From contig NC_068983.1 in NCBI RefSeq assembly GCF_001194135.2, positions 167,428,335-167,492,334 on the forward strand: DNA of 64,000 nucleotides. The letters run 5' to 3'. How positions within the stretch are numbered: position 1 is the first letter of the stretch; each line of letters opens with the position of its first letter. Of this stretch, positions 1 through 13,055 are shown piece by piece. The notes under the pieces are model-generated. The model was not told the DNA's origin. It saw nothing but the letters and a program-made list of their open reading frames with translations, and made no database searches. Position numbers and translations under genes: made by a program. This DNA comes from Octopus bimaculoides. Its lineage: Eukaryota.

Positions 1-118
1 CAGGTTCGCTCTCGCCAAAGTGAGGCGCTTTTTGGTGCGCGTGGGAGGCGCAGTCAGTGGGTGGGACAGAGGAATGCCAGTTGTGAAACCAACTTAGACT
101 GTTTATCGCTGCTCTCTT

Positions 119-930
119 CCTTCTCCAAATGATGTCAGCCTGCTGCTGTAAGAGCACGAAGCCTGTTATATACTGTGCCAAATGGAATTAGGCTATTTAT
201 GTGGTGGAATATAAAAATAAAGAAAGTATGAATAACACAGGGAACGAGTGGCCAAAATTGTAAATACGTCAGGGATTTTGAAATTTGTTGGTGTTTTCTT
301 CCTTCTCAAAACAATGTCAGTGAATGCAAAGCTTTTAAGCTGCGCCAAATAGAATTAAGCTATTTATGTGGTAGAATATACAAATATAATAGTGGAACGA
401 TTGGTCAAAAATGGAATTATAAGGAACTTGGTGTTTTCCTTCTCAAAATGATGTCGGTGTGCTGCGAGTGCAAAACGTTTTGTACCGAATAATATTTGGC
501 TATTTATATTGGTGGAATATAAAGGGTGCGACAAAAATACTGCAATTCACTAGTCTTGACAAAACTTTTAGCAGCAAATGTATAACACACACCAAACCAA
601 AATGTGATGGGGGTAAAGAAAGGGTAAAACGTTAGTTATACGAAGACGTCATTGTTATCCGTCTAACTTCACTGGCACCACACCAATGTCCATGTAAAAT
701 ATGGGAGATTTTTCGGCCGCACACTGTATAAAGCAATGAACGAGCGGTCAAAATTGCAATAGGCCAGAAACTTAGAACTTGGTCAGTGTTTACCTCTTTC
801 TCAAAACGATGTCAGTGTGCTTGTTATGGGTTCAAACATTTCATGTTTCTACTAAATGGAATTTGTGTTTGTGAAATGTATTTATATATATAAATAAAAC
901 AGTGATACGATATAGCGGTCAAAAAGGGAA
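119..930. repeat. Degenerate tandem repeat, 4 copies of a ~140-180 bp unit
   Basis: The motifs cttctcaaaaygatgtcrgtg, ggctatttatrtggtrgaatata and gaacgaktggycaaaattg recur with unit starts at about 119, 301, 438 and 795. Confidence 0.8.
520..728. mobile_element. Decayed Tc1/mariner-type MITE inserted into repeat copy 3
   Basis: TA at 520-521 and 727-728. Imperfect TIRs: aagggtgcgacaaaaat versus the reverse complement of the right end, cagtgtgcggccgaaaaat. Removing it rebuilds the repeat unit. Confidence 0.55.
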
Positions 931-2367
931 TGTGAGAAGCGCGTCCGGTTGTGTATAATCTATTTCTTCTTTTCGGCTCCCACGTTTGTTGTAAATTGTA
1001 AATAAACGTTGTAACTAGGACAAAATCTAAAGAACAATTTCAACAGGGTCTCAGATATTTATCAGGCAAAAATTAAATGAGAATTATCTGTTATTACTTA
1101 ACACAGTAATTAATGCTGCTGTTATTAATTTAGATACATGAGGTAGTTATTAGAGTTGTAAGCTGAGGTGGGTTGAAGTTTTCTGTGCATCCATGTGGTT
1201 TGGGGGTCAGCTCTACTGTGCAGCACCTTTGACAAGTATCTTGTACTACAGCCCCTGACTGATCAATGCCTTGTGAGTGAATTTAGTGGGCTGAAACTGT
1301 TCAGAAGCTTGCCTCAATAAACCCCATGCATAAAAATATTTAGTCCTCGAGTCACTTTGTAATTTTTGCTGATTACATGTATGTATGACTGTGTGCATGC
1401 ATGGACATCTTTGTGCTTTTACTGTTTCAAAACCAGTTTTGGTTTGTTTACACCCCCATAATTTAACGGTTCAGCAATCTACAACATAAAATCTGGATTT
1501 ATTAAAATTATCGCTGTTTCTTCACGACTTATAATTACCAAATAGAAATTAAGATCAGCTCTATCAGAGAAGGTGATATAGAATCGTGAATTCTCCAAGG
1601 TTAACATACCATTAAGGAAAAAAAAGGGGACTGTCATGGATACATGTTTCTAGTTCAATAGCCAGCATCAACACAACAATCATCCAACCTTATCACCAGT
1701 GGCTGAAGGACTTAGAGTTATATAAAATAGAGTAAAAACCATTTATGGCCAAAGTAATTTGCATAATTTAGACAAAGGTGAGCAAAGAGAAACAACTGAG
1801 AATGTGCCCAGTGCCATGTGTGTTCAAATAAGACAGATAAATACTGTTGTGTCAAATACCATAGAACATAAATTCTGGATTTTAAAATTTACTTTGGCCT
1901 CTAATAGGATGTATCGTGATTATCAAATAGTAATTAAAACCAGCTCCATGAGAAGGGAAGATGATCCTTAGAGTCAAGGATTCTCCAAAACTGACATGCA
2001 ATAAAGGAAAAGAACAGGCTTATCATCTGGAGATGTGTGTGTCAAAAACAAAATGGAATACTTTGAGAACTTTATCATGGATAAAAGAAAATATTTATGT
2101 TTTAATCAAAATATGCTACCAGTTTCAATTGTTTTAAAAAAACAGTTTAGTCATGCTGAAATAGAAGTAAATTGAAATAAATGAATCTTTAATGATATCA
2201 GTTCTAGGAGTGAACATATTTCTCTTACAAAATTCACGTTGCTGGTTGTTCCTTTCCTCCTGACGAGCCGCTTAGTAGTAGAAGTAGTAGTAGTTGTCCC
2301 TTGTCATGAAAGAGTGATTGTAAGTTGTAGGAGCAGCAGCAATGCTAGTGGCTGTAGTAGTCACAGT

Positions 2368-2583
2368 CTTTTCTACTAAAGGCACAAGGCCTGAAGTTTT
2401 GGGGGAAGGGGCAAGTCAATTTAGATCGATCCCAGTATTTCACTGGTACTTAATTTATCGACCCTGAAAGGGTGAAAAGTAAAGTTGACCTCGGCAGAAT
2501 TTGAACTCAGAACGTAGTGACAGACGAAATACCTCTAAACATTTCGCCCGGCGTGCTAACGGTTCTGCCAGCTTGTTGCCTTT
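2368..2583 (-). mobile_element. tRNA-derived SINE, fairly intact
   Basis: Minus strand has a tRNA-like head (ggcagaaccgttagcacg...gagttcaaattctgcc), then the family body gaggtcaacttt...ttcaccctttcagggtcgataaattaagtaccag. The same body recurs at 2820-3260 and 33990-34170. Confidence 0.8.
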
Positions 2584-2799
2584 GTAGTAGTCATAGTAAC
2601 AAGTCGAAGCAACAGTGGCAGCGTCAGCAATAGTTGCAGCAGCAGTGATGGTAGCGGCCCTTGCACTACCGACACCACCACCACCAGCAGCAGCAGAAAT
2701 GCTAAACATGTATGGCCTTTGACATTCCTGACATTTGTGAGCTGAGCAAATGTAGGTCACTCTTGGCAGCGTTGTTAGCACATCAGACAAATTGCTGGG

Positions 2800-3270
2800 C
2801 AACATTTCTTACTGCTCTTTATGGTCTGAGTTCAAATCAGGCCAAGGTCAACTTTGCCTTTCATCCTTTCGAGGTCAAGTACTAAACAAGTACTGCAGTT
2901 GATGTAACCAACGTATCTCCTCAAATTTGCTGGTCTCATGCCAGCAATGTTGGCATTGATCCTGTTGAGGTCAATTTTGCCTTCCATCCTTTTGAGATCT
3001 ATAAAATAAAAGATCTGGAGTCTTTTAAAATCAACCTTCATATCTCAGAATTCAGAGAAGGTACCACCTAAATTAGAGACCATTCTTTTGGTATTTGAAT
3101 CTTTGTTCCTTTGATAATCTTTGTATTTTAATCCTGCTGAGATCAACTTTGCCTTTCACTATTACGCAGTTAATAACATAGAAGTTCTGTTGATGTACTG
3201 GAATGGATACAACCAACTAAGCCTTATTCCTCAAAATTTAGGTTTTGCATCTAAATTAAAAGCCATTCTT
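2800..3270 (+). mobile_element. Cluster of decayed SINE fragments of the same family
   Basis: Three partial copies of gaggtcaactttgcctttcatcc. Confidence 0.6.
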
Positions 3271-4433
3271 TTGGCATCTGAATTCTCACTTATATCATAA
3301 TTCTTAATGAATTTAGTCATTGAGAATGTACCAGAAGGAAGGGTTAACATGTTTTTAAGGCTGGATGCCTCTCTTAAAGCCAACAATTTTACAGAGTGTA
3401 CTCGGTGCTTTCTATGTGGTGCTGGCACAGATGCTTTTACATGGCGCCAACGCAGGGCATTGTTACGTGGCACCAGCATGGGTACTATTTATGAGCCAAC
3501 AACACTTTATATCAAATTTTGGAGGATCACTTTCATCCCTTTGGAGTTTTTAAGACAATTTACCTTCACTTTTTTTCTTGGTAAACTGCATGTTAACCAA
3601 GGGAAGTACTGTATTTGATGGTGTAAAAGATGTGCAACCATATTAGATGCAGCCCAACTTTAAGAAAATGTTTTTAGTGCAATTTCACATAGAGGACCAG
3701 GGGTAAGTTTTTGAGACGTCTTTTGGGAAAATAGTGTGTCTTATATGCCATCAAATAGGATATCTTACTATGAGTTGTGTTTCTTTTTATCTATAGAATA
3801 GTCACAAAGCTTCCATTTAGTTTCAATTTATTTTCAGTTAACATGTAGTTTTAGTGTCACAAAAAATTAAATTGCACCAGAATGACAGTAGTGAAATTCC
3901 ATAATTTAATAAACTCAAGCGTTGGAACTTCCACCAGAGAAAATGGTATAATTGGGTGTTTGATGTTTGGTGCAGCAGAGAGAGATACAGGAAAACGCTG
4001 CCAATCCTTGATTGTACACATAAAAACATTTTGGTCCTTTATAATGCAATAGATATTACCAGGGATGTGTTTGATATTCGTGTGAGAGGCTTCTAATCTT
4101 AGTTTATGCCCCATATATTGTAGTGAACATTCTTTGAATTTTGTTGATCCTAAGAGGAGAGCATCCATGGACAGAGTATCTATCACAGGACGATGGACAC
4201 TTGCCATGAAGAAATTCAAGTGACAATTCAGAATGAATCCTGATTTACTTATATCATATCTCTATCAACATACAGATTGTGAAATAGCTTTAAAAACCAC
4301 GAAACTACTCTACATATGTTCTATGCATTGTCTTCCTCTTATCCAAATGCAATGGAATTATTAGATTTCACTTCAGGTTTGTTTTGCTATTTACTCTCAT
4401 CTTTTTGTTATTACACTAAACTGCATGTAATAA

Positions 4434-4490
4434 GGTGGTGGTGGTGGTGGTGGTGGCAGCGGCGGCGGCAGTGGTGGTGGTGGTGGTGGA
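4434..4490. repeat. (TGG)n/(CGG)n microsatellite
   Basis: Read directly from the sequence. Confidence 0.95.
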
Positions 4491-6000
4491 TTTCTGTCAT
4501 TCAACAATGAAGAGTTGCTGGTTCAAGTGTCTCAATTAATGATTAAGCATTCTACACAGACGCTTAACCTTAGCATATTTCTCAGGCAGAATCCGCATGA
4601 CATTGGCAGTGATGAGGCTGTATCCAAGACCACCTCAGCAGTAATATAGGCCCCTGGGGGCAAATCAATGCACTGGGTCCTATTGTATTTATTTATTGAA
4701 AGGGGCAAATGTCATAGTTGGGCCCCTAAGACTGTGCAGCCCCTCGGCAACTGCCCAGTATGCCCATGCTTTAAGATGGTCCTGGCTGTACCTTTTGAAT
4801 TACAGATACATCCACCTGACAGGTTGATGGTTTCTATACAGACTGGACACTGAAACGGTCATTCTGAGGTTAGAAAATATATTTGCCCAAGATACTACAC
4901 AGGAAATTGAACCCAAAGCCTTGCTGTTACAGAGCCAACTTCTTAAACCAATCAACCACACTGTGCCTTTATACGTTATATACAGGAAAAAAGAATTTTT
5001 TAAATATCTTTGTTGCCAAAGGAACAAAATTATGCAAATAAGAATCACACTTTATGACAAAAAAAAGTGTTTTGTTACGACATTTGATACAAAGCTTGCA
5101 GCAGCAGAGGAGCTAATATTAAAAAACACGGATATTTAAATTTCATCAAGTTGATATTATATCTGCCATTCAAAGATGTTTAACCTCTTTCTTTTTTCAA
5201 TTCTTTTACCAGATTTTGTAACAACAGAAGAGAAACTTTGTTGAAGATTACCATGTGTCTTCCATGATGTTAGATGAGAAGTAATTGGAGATTTCTCAAC
5301 TCAATGGGTTCGTTGGCAGTTGTTGCAGTGGAGCACTGGTAAGTGGCAGTGGGGGGTCACAGAGGCAAGGAGTGTTGTACTATTACTATGATGTGTGTTG
5401 CATGAATAAAAGCAAAGAGCTTAGTGTTGTGTATTAGAACAATACCCAGCAGATAGGTGGTCATCATTTGGCGATTTTACTGAATAATGGACAAATGTAC
5501 TCCATTGGTTTGTTCCCTAATTTTGTCTGATAACAGGCATTTAGTGTGTCCACTAGATACTACCCTATCATGTGGATGGGGCTTAATAAAGAATGATTTT
5601 CCAAGAATTACATTTCCCAAATCAGGCTGCATCTTCCATGATACAGCCTCTACTATACTACAAACTACAGTATATAAAAACAGTCTTTTACCCCCTAAAT
5701 GCCAAACTATTTTTGAAGAGATATAAACAGATGTTGTTTCTCACAGCAGTGAATCAAAATATTCAGTTTTTAATAATAAACATATGTCTCTCAGTGATTT
5801 TGGTAGAAGCCCTGAAATGTATGTCATTAATAGCTCAAAACAGATGATAGTGTGGCTTGGTTGCATGTATCCCTCTAAAGATATCCTTAAGAAAAATATA
5901 AGCACCTAATCTGATCTCACGTAAGTTTGTGTATAAGAACTTCTTTCCTTTTCTGACTTCCGTGAGCAATTTGGTGGGAGGGGGGNNNNNNNNNNGGGGG

Positions 6001-6430
6001 GGGGAAGCCACCACAGCTCATTGCTCAGTTCCTTCGTTTTCATCAGAGTCCTCCTGGCCACCACAAACGAGTTTCTGACTGGCTGTCCATGGGAACTCCT
6101 ATAAACTGATCTCCTGGTTTTCATAGCTAAATCCATAGGGGAATCAGAGAGGAAACTTCCGGCATGGAAGCTAAACCTGAAGTCGAGAGAGTTTAAGGTG
6201 AACTTTGCAAAGACAAAAGATTGAGTTTGTAGGAAAGAAGACAGGATCCTGGGTCAGGGAAATGGCTTTGCTTGAAATGCAAAGGAATAGGCATAAATTC
6301 CATATATTGTACTCAATAGCAGCTATGGACGCTCAAAAGATATAGCAGAATCACAGGCATATATGTCAGAGAAGCACTGGGGCAAGATGTTCTCTGAATA
6401 CACTGAATGGTTTGGCAGAGAAAATTGATT
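6001..6430 (+). mobile_element. RTE-clade LINE RT fragment, degraded
   Basis: Translates WELL*TDLLVFIAKSIGESERKLPAWKLNLKSREFKVNFAKTK, a decayed YADD region plus the VNxxKTK motif. Confidence 0.7.
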
Positions 6431-7881
6431 CACTGGAAATCGTTGCATCCTTATCCACTAATTTTAGCCACATTTTGTGATTGGTACTTCTTTATGCAAC
6501 TGTTCTCATCAGTATCATGTTTATTTTAAGCAAACACTGAGAGACAAGTAACCTAACAGTGAGTTGTTAATATGTTAATGTGTCAGTAGCTTTTAATTTA
6601 TGATATAAAGTGCTGTATCATTAGATATCATCGAAAAAATATAGGTTCTTTTGAGATCGATATGTTAATTTTAAAAAAATTATGTCATAATTAGCAATCG
6701 TATCACTTTTAACATGGCATTCATCTTTATCACCATTTTAATGTCTACTTTGCATGGAGAAGATGAGACTCTATTGAAGCAGGGTTTTCTAAAGCTAAAT
6801 AGTCTTTTTGATACCAAACCAGTTCCTAAGAAAGGCAAATAATTCCACAGTCTATCAACAACGAACAGCCTGGATATTGTAACAAATTTCTAGATAGATG
6901 TAGCTTTTAATGCTAATTATGAAAATCATAATTATTTTTTACAGAAATTAAAAGTAAAGAAGTAATGAAATTTCAAAAATTGAAATTTTTTTCAATTTCA
7001 GCCAATCAGATGTAGCCATTTTCCATATGTCCAAAGTTGGAATTGCCATATATTCCCATCACAGCAGATTGAACAAGTGACTGAGTGGGACATTGAAATG
7101 AAATGAATTTAAAGCAGAAAATAGAAAACCAGCATGAGTGACTGAATGGAAAATTTAGGAAGAAATCTGGGGAGATACCTTGAAAATGAAGGACAATAAA
7201 GTGAGATATTTCCAACAGAAGAATATAAATACTTTGGAAAAGAGGAATTACCTGCGAAAATACCAAATAAAGAGTTCTGGACTTTAAAAAAAAAATCTCT
7301 CCTGTGTTATTTAAAAACATGAGACATGTGAATGCTGCCAGCTTTGTGTCTTAGATTTGCAATAATAAAAAATGTTAATGTGTCATGATGGAGCTCTAAC
7401 TTCTGGCATCATGAACAAAAATCCTCATCATTCAATGTCCACTTTCTATGCTTGTGTAGGTTGGACAGAGTTGATCAAAGCAGATTTTCTATGACCAAAC
7501 AGATGCCCTTGCTGATGCCAACCCTTACGTTTCCAAACCAAATAATATTTCTTCATGGCCAGATGTGTTTTCAGAAGAATACTGGAAGTGAATGACAGTG
7601 ATTCTATGGCAGTGACACTCATTTACAACCATCACATGATGTCAAGACAAGGGGACACAGATATGTACACATCTGACACATGCAAGCATGGAAATGTTGA
7701 CACTAAAACAATAATGATTATAATAGAAATGAAATTGAATTTCAGCAAAAAAGATCAATATTGAATTTTAAAATTATTCAATTCACTTGATATGATAAAT
7801 TAAAAGCAAAATATTTCAAAATCCCTCTTGCATTTTCAAAAGTAATAAAATGATCTTCAATTTGTACATTTAAGTAGGAAC

Positions 7882-8110
7882 AAGCATGGCTGTGTGGTTA
7901 AAGTATTTGCTTTCTAAACCATGTTGTTTTGGGTTCAGTTACACTGCAGGGCACCTTGGGGAAAGTGTCCTCACCTATAACCTCAAGCCAACGAAAGACT
8001 TTGTGAGCAGCTGTGATAGACAGAAACTGGTGAGTAGGGTGGTTTTGGGACAATACAGAATGAAAAAGACCCATCAGAGGGTGATGAACTCAGCAGAGTC
8101 AAAGGCCATC
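7882..8110 (+). mobile_element. tRNA-derived SINE (second family), decayed
   Basis: Head gcatggctgtgtggttaaagtatttgct...gggttcagttacactgcagggcaccttgggga matches the copies at 9578-9969 and 57965-58105. Confidence 0.7.
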
Positions 8111-8127
8111 CAATTATGTGACACACA

Positions 8128-8130
<3 letters not shown>

Positions 8131-8183
<53 letters not shown>
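8131..8183. repeat. (TA)n microsatellite
   Basis: Read directly from the sequence. Confidence 0.95.
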
Positions 8184-8186
<3 letters not shown>

Positions 8187-8889
8187 CATATTCACCGGAT
8201 CTCTCTCTCTCTCCTCCCACCACCATTACCTGATGTCTCTTCTCTCCACTGCTCCTCCTCACTCGGCTGTTCTCTATATATTACCTGCACTCTCTCTCTC
8301 TCTCTCCTGGGACATATGCAACTAACTCAGTTGCCCTTCGTTTTGTTCTGTCTAGCAATTTCTCATCACCATTACCAGATTCCTCCCCTTCCTCTCTGGT
8401 GCTGTTCTCTATACTACCTGCACCCCCACTCTCTCCCCCCAAAATGCAACTAGGTTAGCTGCCCACCAACTTAACCGACTCCTTCGTTTCGTCCTGTCTA
8501 GAAATATTCCAACAACTACTCCAGTAATTTTCCACATATCAAGTGAAGGAGACAGCTAATGGGCTGTACATGTGTGCTTGATCGCCTGTGTCTGTGTCTG
8601 TTCGTGCTTATGTGTATGTAATGTATGGATGAACTTGCTTCCTCTCTCTCTGTCTGAATCACCCCCCTTACGATGATCATGGTGCTTATACTCCCAATGC
8701 CGCTAACACTTAAAACACCTAATCCTGCCTCTAGTAGGGGCCACAATCTTAATCCTAACGCACTTGAATGTTTGAATGATGTCAGGTCGGAAGTGAGAAC
8801 AGATGAAGCATGCCTAAAAAATGAACACGGCAACCTCCCTCTTCTTTTCAGGCACTGAATAACATCTCTCCTCCCCAACCCTCACCCCA

Positions 8890-9150
8890 CATTCCTTTCC
8901 CAGTTTTCAGAGTTGGCACAGTCAATGTAGGCACGCTGAAAGGTAGGTCTGGTGAGATTGTAGAGATGCTTGAAAGGAGACGTGTCGATGTGTGCTGCAT
9001 ACAAGAGGTAAGATGGAGAGGAGCTTCAGCTAGGGTCCACACAGGCAAGGCAGATAGGTACAAAATCTTCTGGCAAGGTAACACGGATGGAGTGGGGGTG
9101 GGGTGAAGGCATACTCCTTGCGGAGAAATGGGTAGATAAAATCATAGAGT
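8890..9150 (+). mobile_element. RTE LINE 5' fragment (AP-endonuclease N-terminus)
   Basis: Translates RVGTVNVGTLKGRSGEIVEMLERRRVDVCCIQEVRWRG, the APE motifs I and II. Confidence 0.8.
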
Positions 9151-9577
9151 TATTTAGTCGAGTTTTGCTAATTTCATATCATTTTTGTTGCATTTCTGAG
9201 CTTTCTGATGTCTATGGATAGATATTGATGTGTTTGAGTCTTTTACCAAATGTAATTCTGGAGAACTGAAGAGACAAATTTAGCTGATCTTGTCTTATTC
9301 ATTTTTGCCTCAGCTAAATTTTTCTTTTAAGTGCTCAAAGAGAATGGAGATAATTTCTTGAAATAGAGTTCAGATTATTTTAGTGCATTTAATGAAGGTC
9401 ATTTGCTGAGCTGATATACATTTTGTAAGGTAGTGAACAATCATCATCATCATCATTGTTTAATGTTTGCCTTCCATGCTAGCATGGGTGGGAATGATGT
9501 TTGTAAAAAATGTATTGTTTCTCAAAAATGCAGTAAATCTTACTCATTGCGCTCCTCCCACCCCCTATATATATATT

Positions 9578-9969
9578 ATTCTTTTACTTGTTTCAGTCAT
9601 TTGACTGTGGCCATGCTGGAGCACTACATTTAGTCAAACGAATCAACCCCAGAGCTTATTCTTTGTAAGCCTAGTACTTATTCTATCAGTCTGTTTTGCC
9701 AAACTTCTAAGTTACAGGAGAAATAAACACACCAACATCGGTTGTCAAGCAATGGTGGGGGTGGGGACAAACAGACACACAAACATATACATATATTTAT
9801 ATATTCGACAGGCTTCTTTCAGTTTCCATCGACCAAACTCACTCACAAGGCTTTGGTTGGCCTAAGCTATAATAGAAGACACTTGCCTAGGGTGCCACGC
9901 AGTGGGATCGAACCTGGAACCATATGGTTGGGAAGCAAGCTTCTTATCACACAACTACGCCTGTGCCTA
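9578..9969 (-). mobile_element. Composite tRNA-derived SINE with internal CA/TA repeat
   Basis: Near full-length. Same family as 22725-23080. Confidence 0.8.
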
Positions 9970-12900
9970 TGAAATATAATATATATTTACACTATTTCTG
10001 CTTTGGTAGCCAAAAGTGCACCTAACCTGACAAGGTGGGTCAGCCTCTAAGCCATGGTGAAGGCAACTAACCCAGGAGAACTCTGATAGAAAAAGCTGAG
10101 GGATGTTGTTCATTTGAGTTTGTGGCAAACATTTGTACCAACTTTTGGCTATCAGCATTTCGAAAAAGTGAGGCTGGTCTTACACAAGACTTCAACAAAG
10201 AAATCTAGTCTAAACTAGAATATTAGCTCTTAGACATTGAAGCTGATGGGAGGAGAATGCACAGACCTGTTTGCAGCTATGTTTTTTGTATGTATGCATT
10301 CTATGACAGTCGAGGCAGGTGTTGTTGTTGTTATTTTATCTGTTAAGAATTTATCTGCTCCCTTTACACCTTCATGAAAACATGGACTAAAAGATTATTT
10401 ACTAGAATTAAACAAAACAAAACAAAAACGGATAAACTTTAGCAACATGAAGGTATTTAATTGCAAAACCAATGCTTCAATATATGCCTAACAGAGACAG
10501 CCATGGGAAAATGGACATAAAATGAGTGATGACTGACTGCACAAATAAAAAGGCATCAAGAAAAAAATTTGGGTATGTTTTAGAAATATATAAATGCTGG
10601 TAATTATCTCTACTAGTTTAATGTCAGCACAAACACAACTAAATTAATGAATACATAAAGGGAGAGAACTGAGATCTAACTTTTTTGAGCCCATTTTTAT
10701 GTGTTGGCCAGTTGACTGATTTCTCCAGTCAGGCTTTGCATTGTGTGTGTGTGTGTGTGTATGTATATATATATATAAGAGAGAGAGAGGGAGTAAAAGA
10801 GAAATACAGAGAGTTAACATAAGAGGTGTAGAACGAGTGTCATGTAACTTTTCGAAAAAAAACAAAACATTCTTTTGTGCTTGTCCCTGTAACTTAGTGG
10901 TTTGACAAAAGAGAAGGATAGAATAAGTATTTGACTTTAAAAAAAAAATTAAGTAATGGGGTTGATTTATTTGACAAGAAACTCTTTGAGGTAGTGCCCC
11001 AGCATGGCTGCAGTCTAATGACTGAAACAAGTAAAAGATAAGATTTTTCAAGGAGCAGATTGTGATTAGACAAATGAGAAATTTGCTTTATTTAAATTTA
11101 TTTTAAGGTAATAAATACTTATCTTTTGAAAATTATTATTCATTTCATCTCATTTTGCATAAGCCCCAAGAATTTGATAAAAGTTAAATTATAATTATTG
11201 TATGTCTGCCATATTTCTTGACGTTACCTATAATTGCAAAAGTGCATTTCCAAAGTTATTGGTCATTTGATAGGTAGCAGCACTCTAGTTAAGTTTATAT
11301 TTTGTCTTCAAGAGCAGGGAGTTGACAGAGAAAGTAATACAAGAGACTAAATTGTATTCTGTCCCTTCATATTTAGAACTTAAATACTATCAGGCATAAT
11401 GGGGCTTTTCAGTCTGACTTCAAGAGGACAAATATCAGAAATAAACCATCACAGACCCAATAACCCATGTTTTACCCAAGTCACAATACTCACCATCATT
11501 ATTTTAACACTGACTTTTTTACATGCTGGCATGGGTTGAACAAAACTTCTTGAAGCAGAATTCTTTGGTGGGATGTCCTCCAATCATTGTTGTAACATCC
11601 AGAGGTTTTCTGTGGTCAGATGCCCTTCCTGCCAACAACCCTCACCTGTTTCCAAGCATGACCACACATGTTTTTGCAGAATATTTGAAATGATACTGCT
11701 TGTATGACAGGGACACTTGTTTACAACTGTCAAAACAAGGAGACAAACACACGACAGGCTTCTTGTGCATAGCTATCTCTGTGCACCAAGTGTATACATA
11801 ATCAGTTTTCCCTTGCCTTATTGTAGCTTTGGAATGACGTCATCTGACTGGCTTGGCAAGCAAGCCAACATTGACACTGAATGAAAAGCTAACACATCAC
11901 AGTGGGCAGGAGCAATGTGAAGGGCTTTGCTCAACAACACAATGCAATACTGGTTTAGGAATCAACACCAGTCTTGCAATTGTAAGCACAACACCATGTG
12001 CCTCCATGTGTGTGCGTGTGTAAAGCCACAGCCCCTCAATCCTACTCACCCACCCAATTGAGGTGGTGAGGTTTAGTGACTCTGTCAGTGCTGGTGCCAA
12101 GAGTAAAAAGTACCCAGTACACTCTGTAAAGTGGTTGGTGTTAGGAAGGGCATGAAGCTGTACAAACCATGGAACCTGGTGCTGCTCCTGTCAAACTGTC
12201 CAACCTATGCCAGCATGGAAAATGTATGTTAAACAATGATGTGTGTTTCAATGAAACAATCTCACCAATTAGACTTGTGTTGAGTCAATCATAAAATAAG
12301 CGAACAGTTTGAAAGGGGTACAGGGACTGCTATGATTAACTAAAAAGTCTCCAAGTTTCTAACAGCCACAATCCAAGACCTAAAACTAATATTATGAAGC
12401 ATACTGCCTCATCAAAGGAATATATTTTATCATCATCATCATTTAAAATCAGTTTCCCATCCAAGCATGGATCGGAGCCTTTGACAGGATTCAAACAAAA
12501 GACTGTGTGAAGTTCATTTCTCCACCAAGTGGTTTTGAGTTTATTTCCACTATATGACACCTAGGTCAAGGGTCGTCTGCTATATTCCTTGGCCATCGAA
12601 AGCCTTGTGAGTGGATTTGATGGACAGAAACTGAAAGTAACCAAGCTCTCTTAGATTTTTACATTGTTACCATTGAGTGAGAGTACAAAATGAATAATCA
12701 GATCTTTAATATGTAGAGTAATCAAAATAACACAAGAAGTATTGCAGATATTCAATGATATATTTCACATTTTATGTACAGGATATGATAAAAATAATGC
12801 AAATATACACACAGCATGTATGTGTGTATCTTCAAATGCCATTTAGCAATTCAATTCCAAAGTCTTTATCTGAAACTATAAAAGAAAATCTTTTTGGAAT

Positions 12901-13055
12901 GTCTTTAAAAAATGAAGGCTAACATCCTGTTGCCATGACTTAGCTGTCTTATGAACTTCAATTTTTTACAGAAATAAAATTTTAAAAAAATCATTCCTTA
13001 TTGTTTTGTTAAACAACATTGGGTCAAAAGAAATATAAATGTGCAACGAGAGGTT

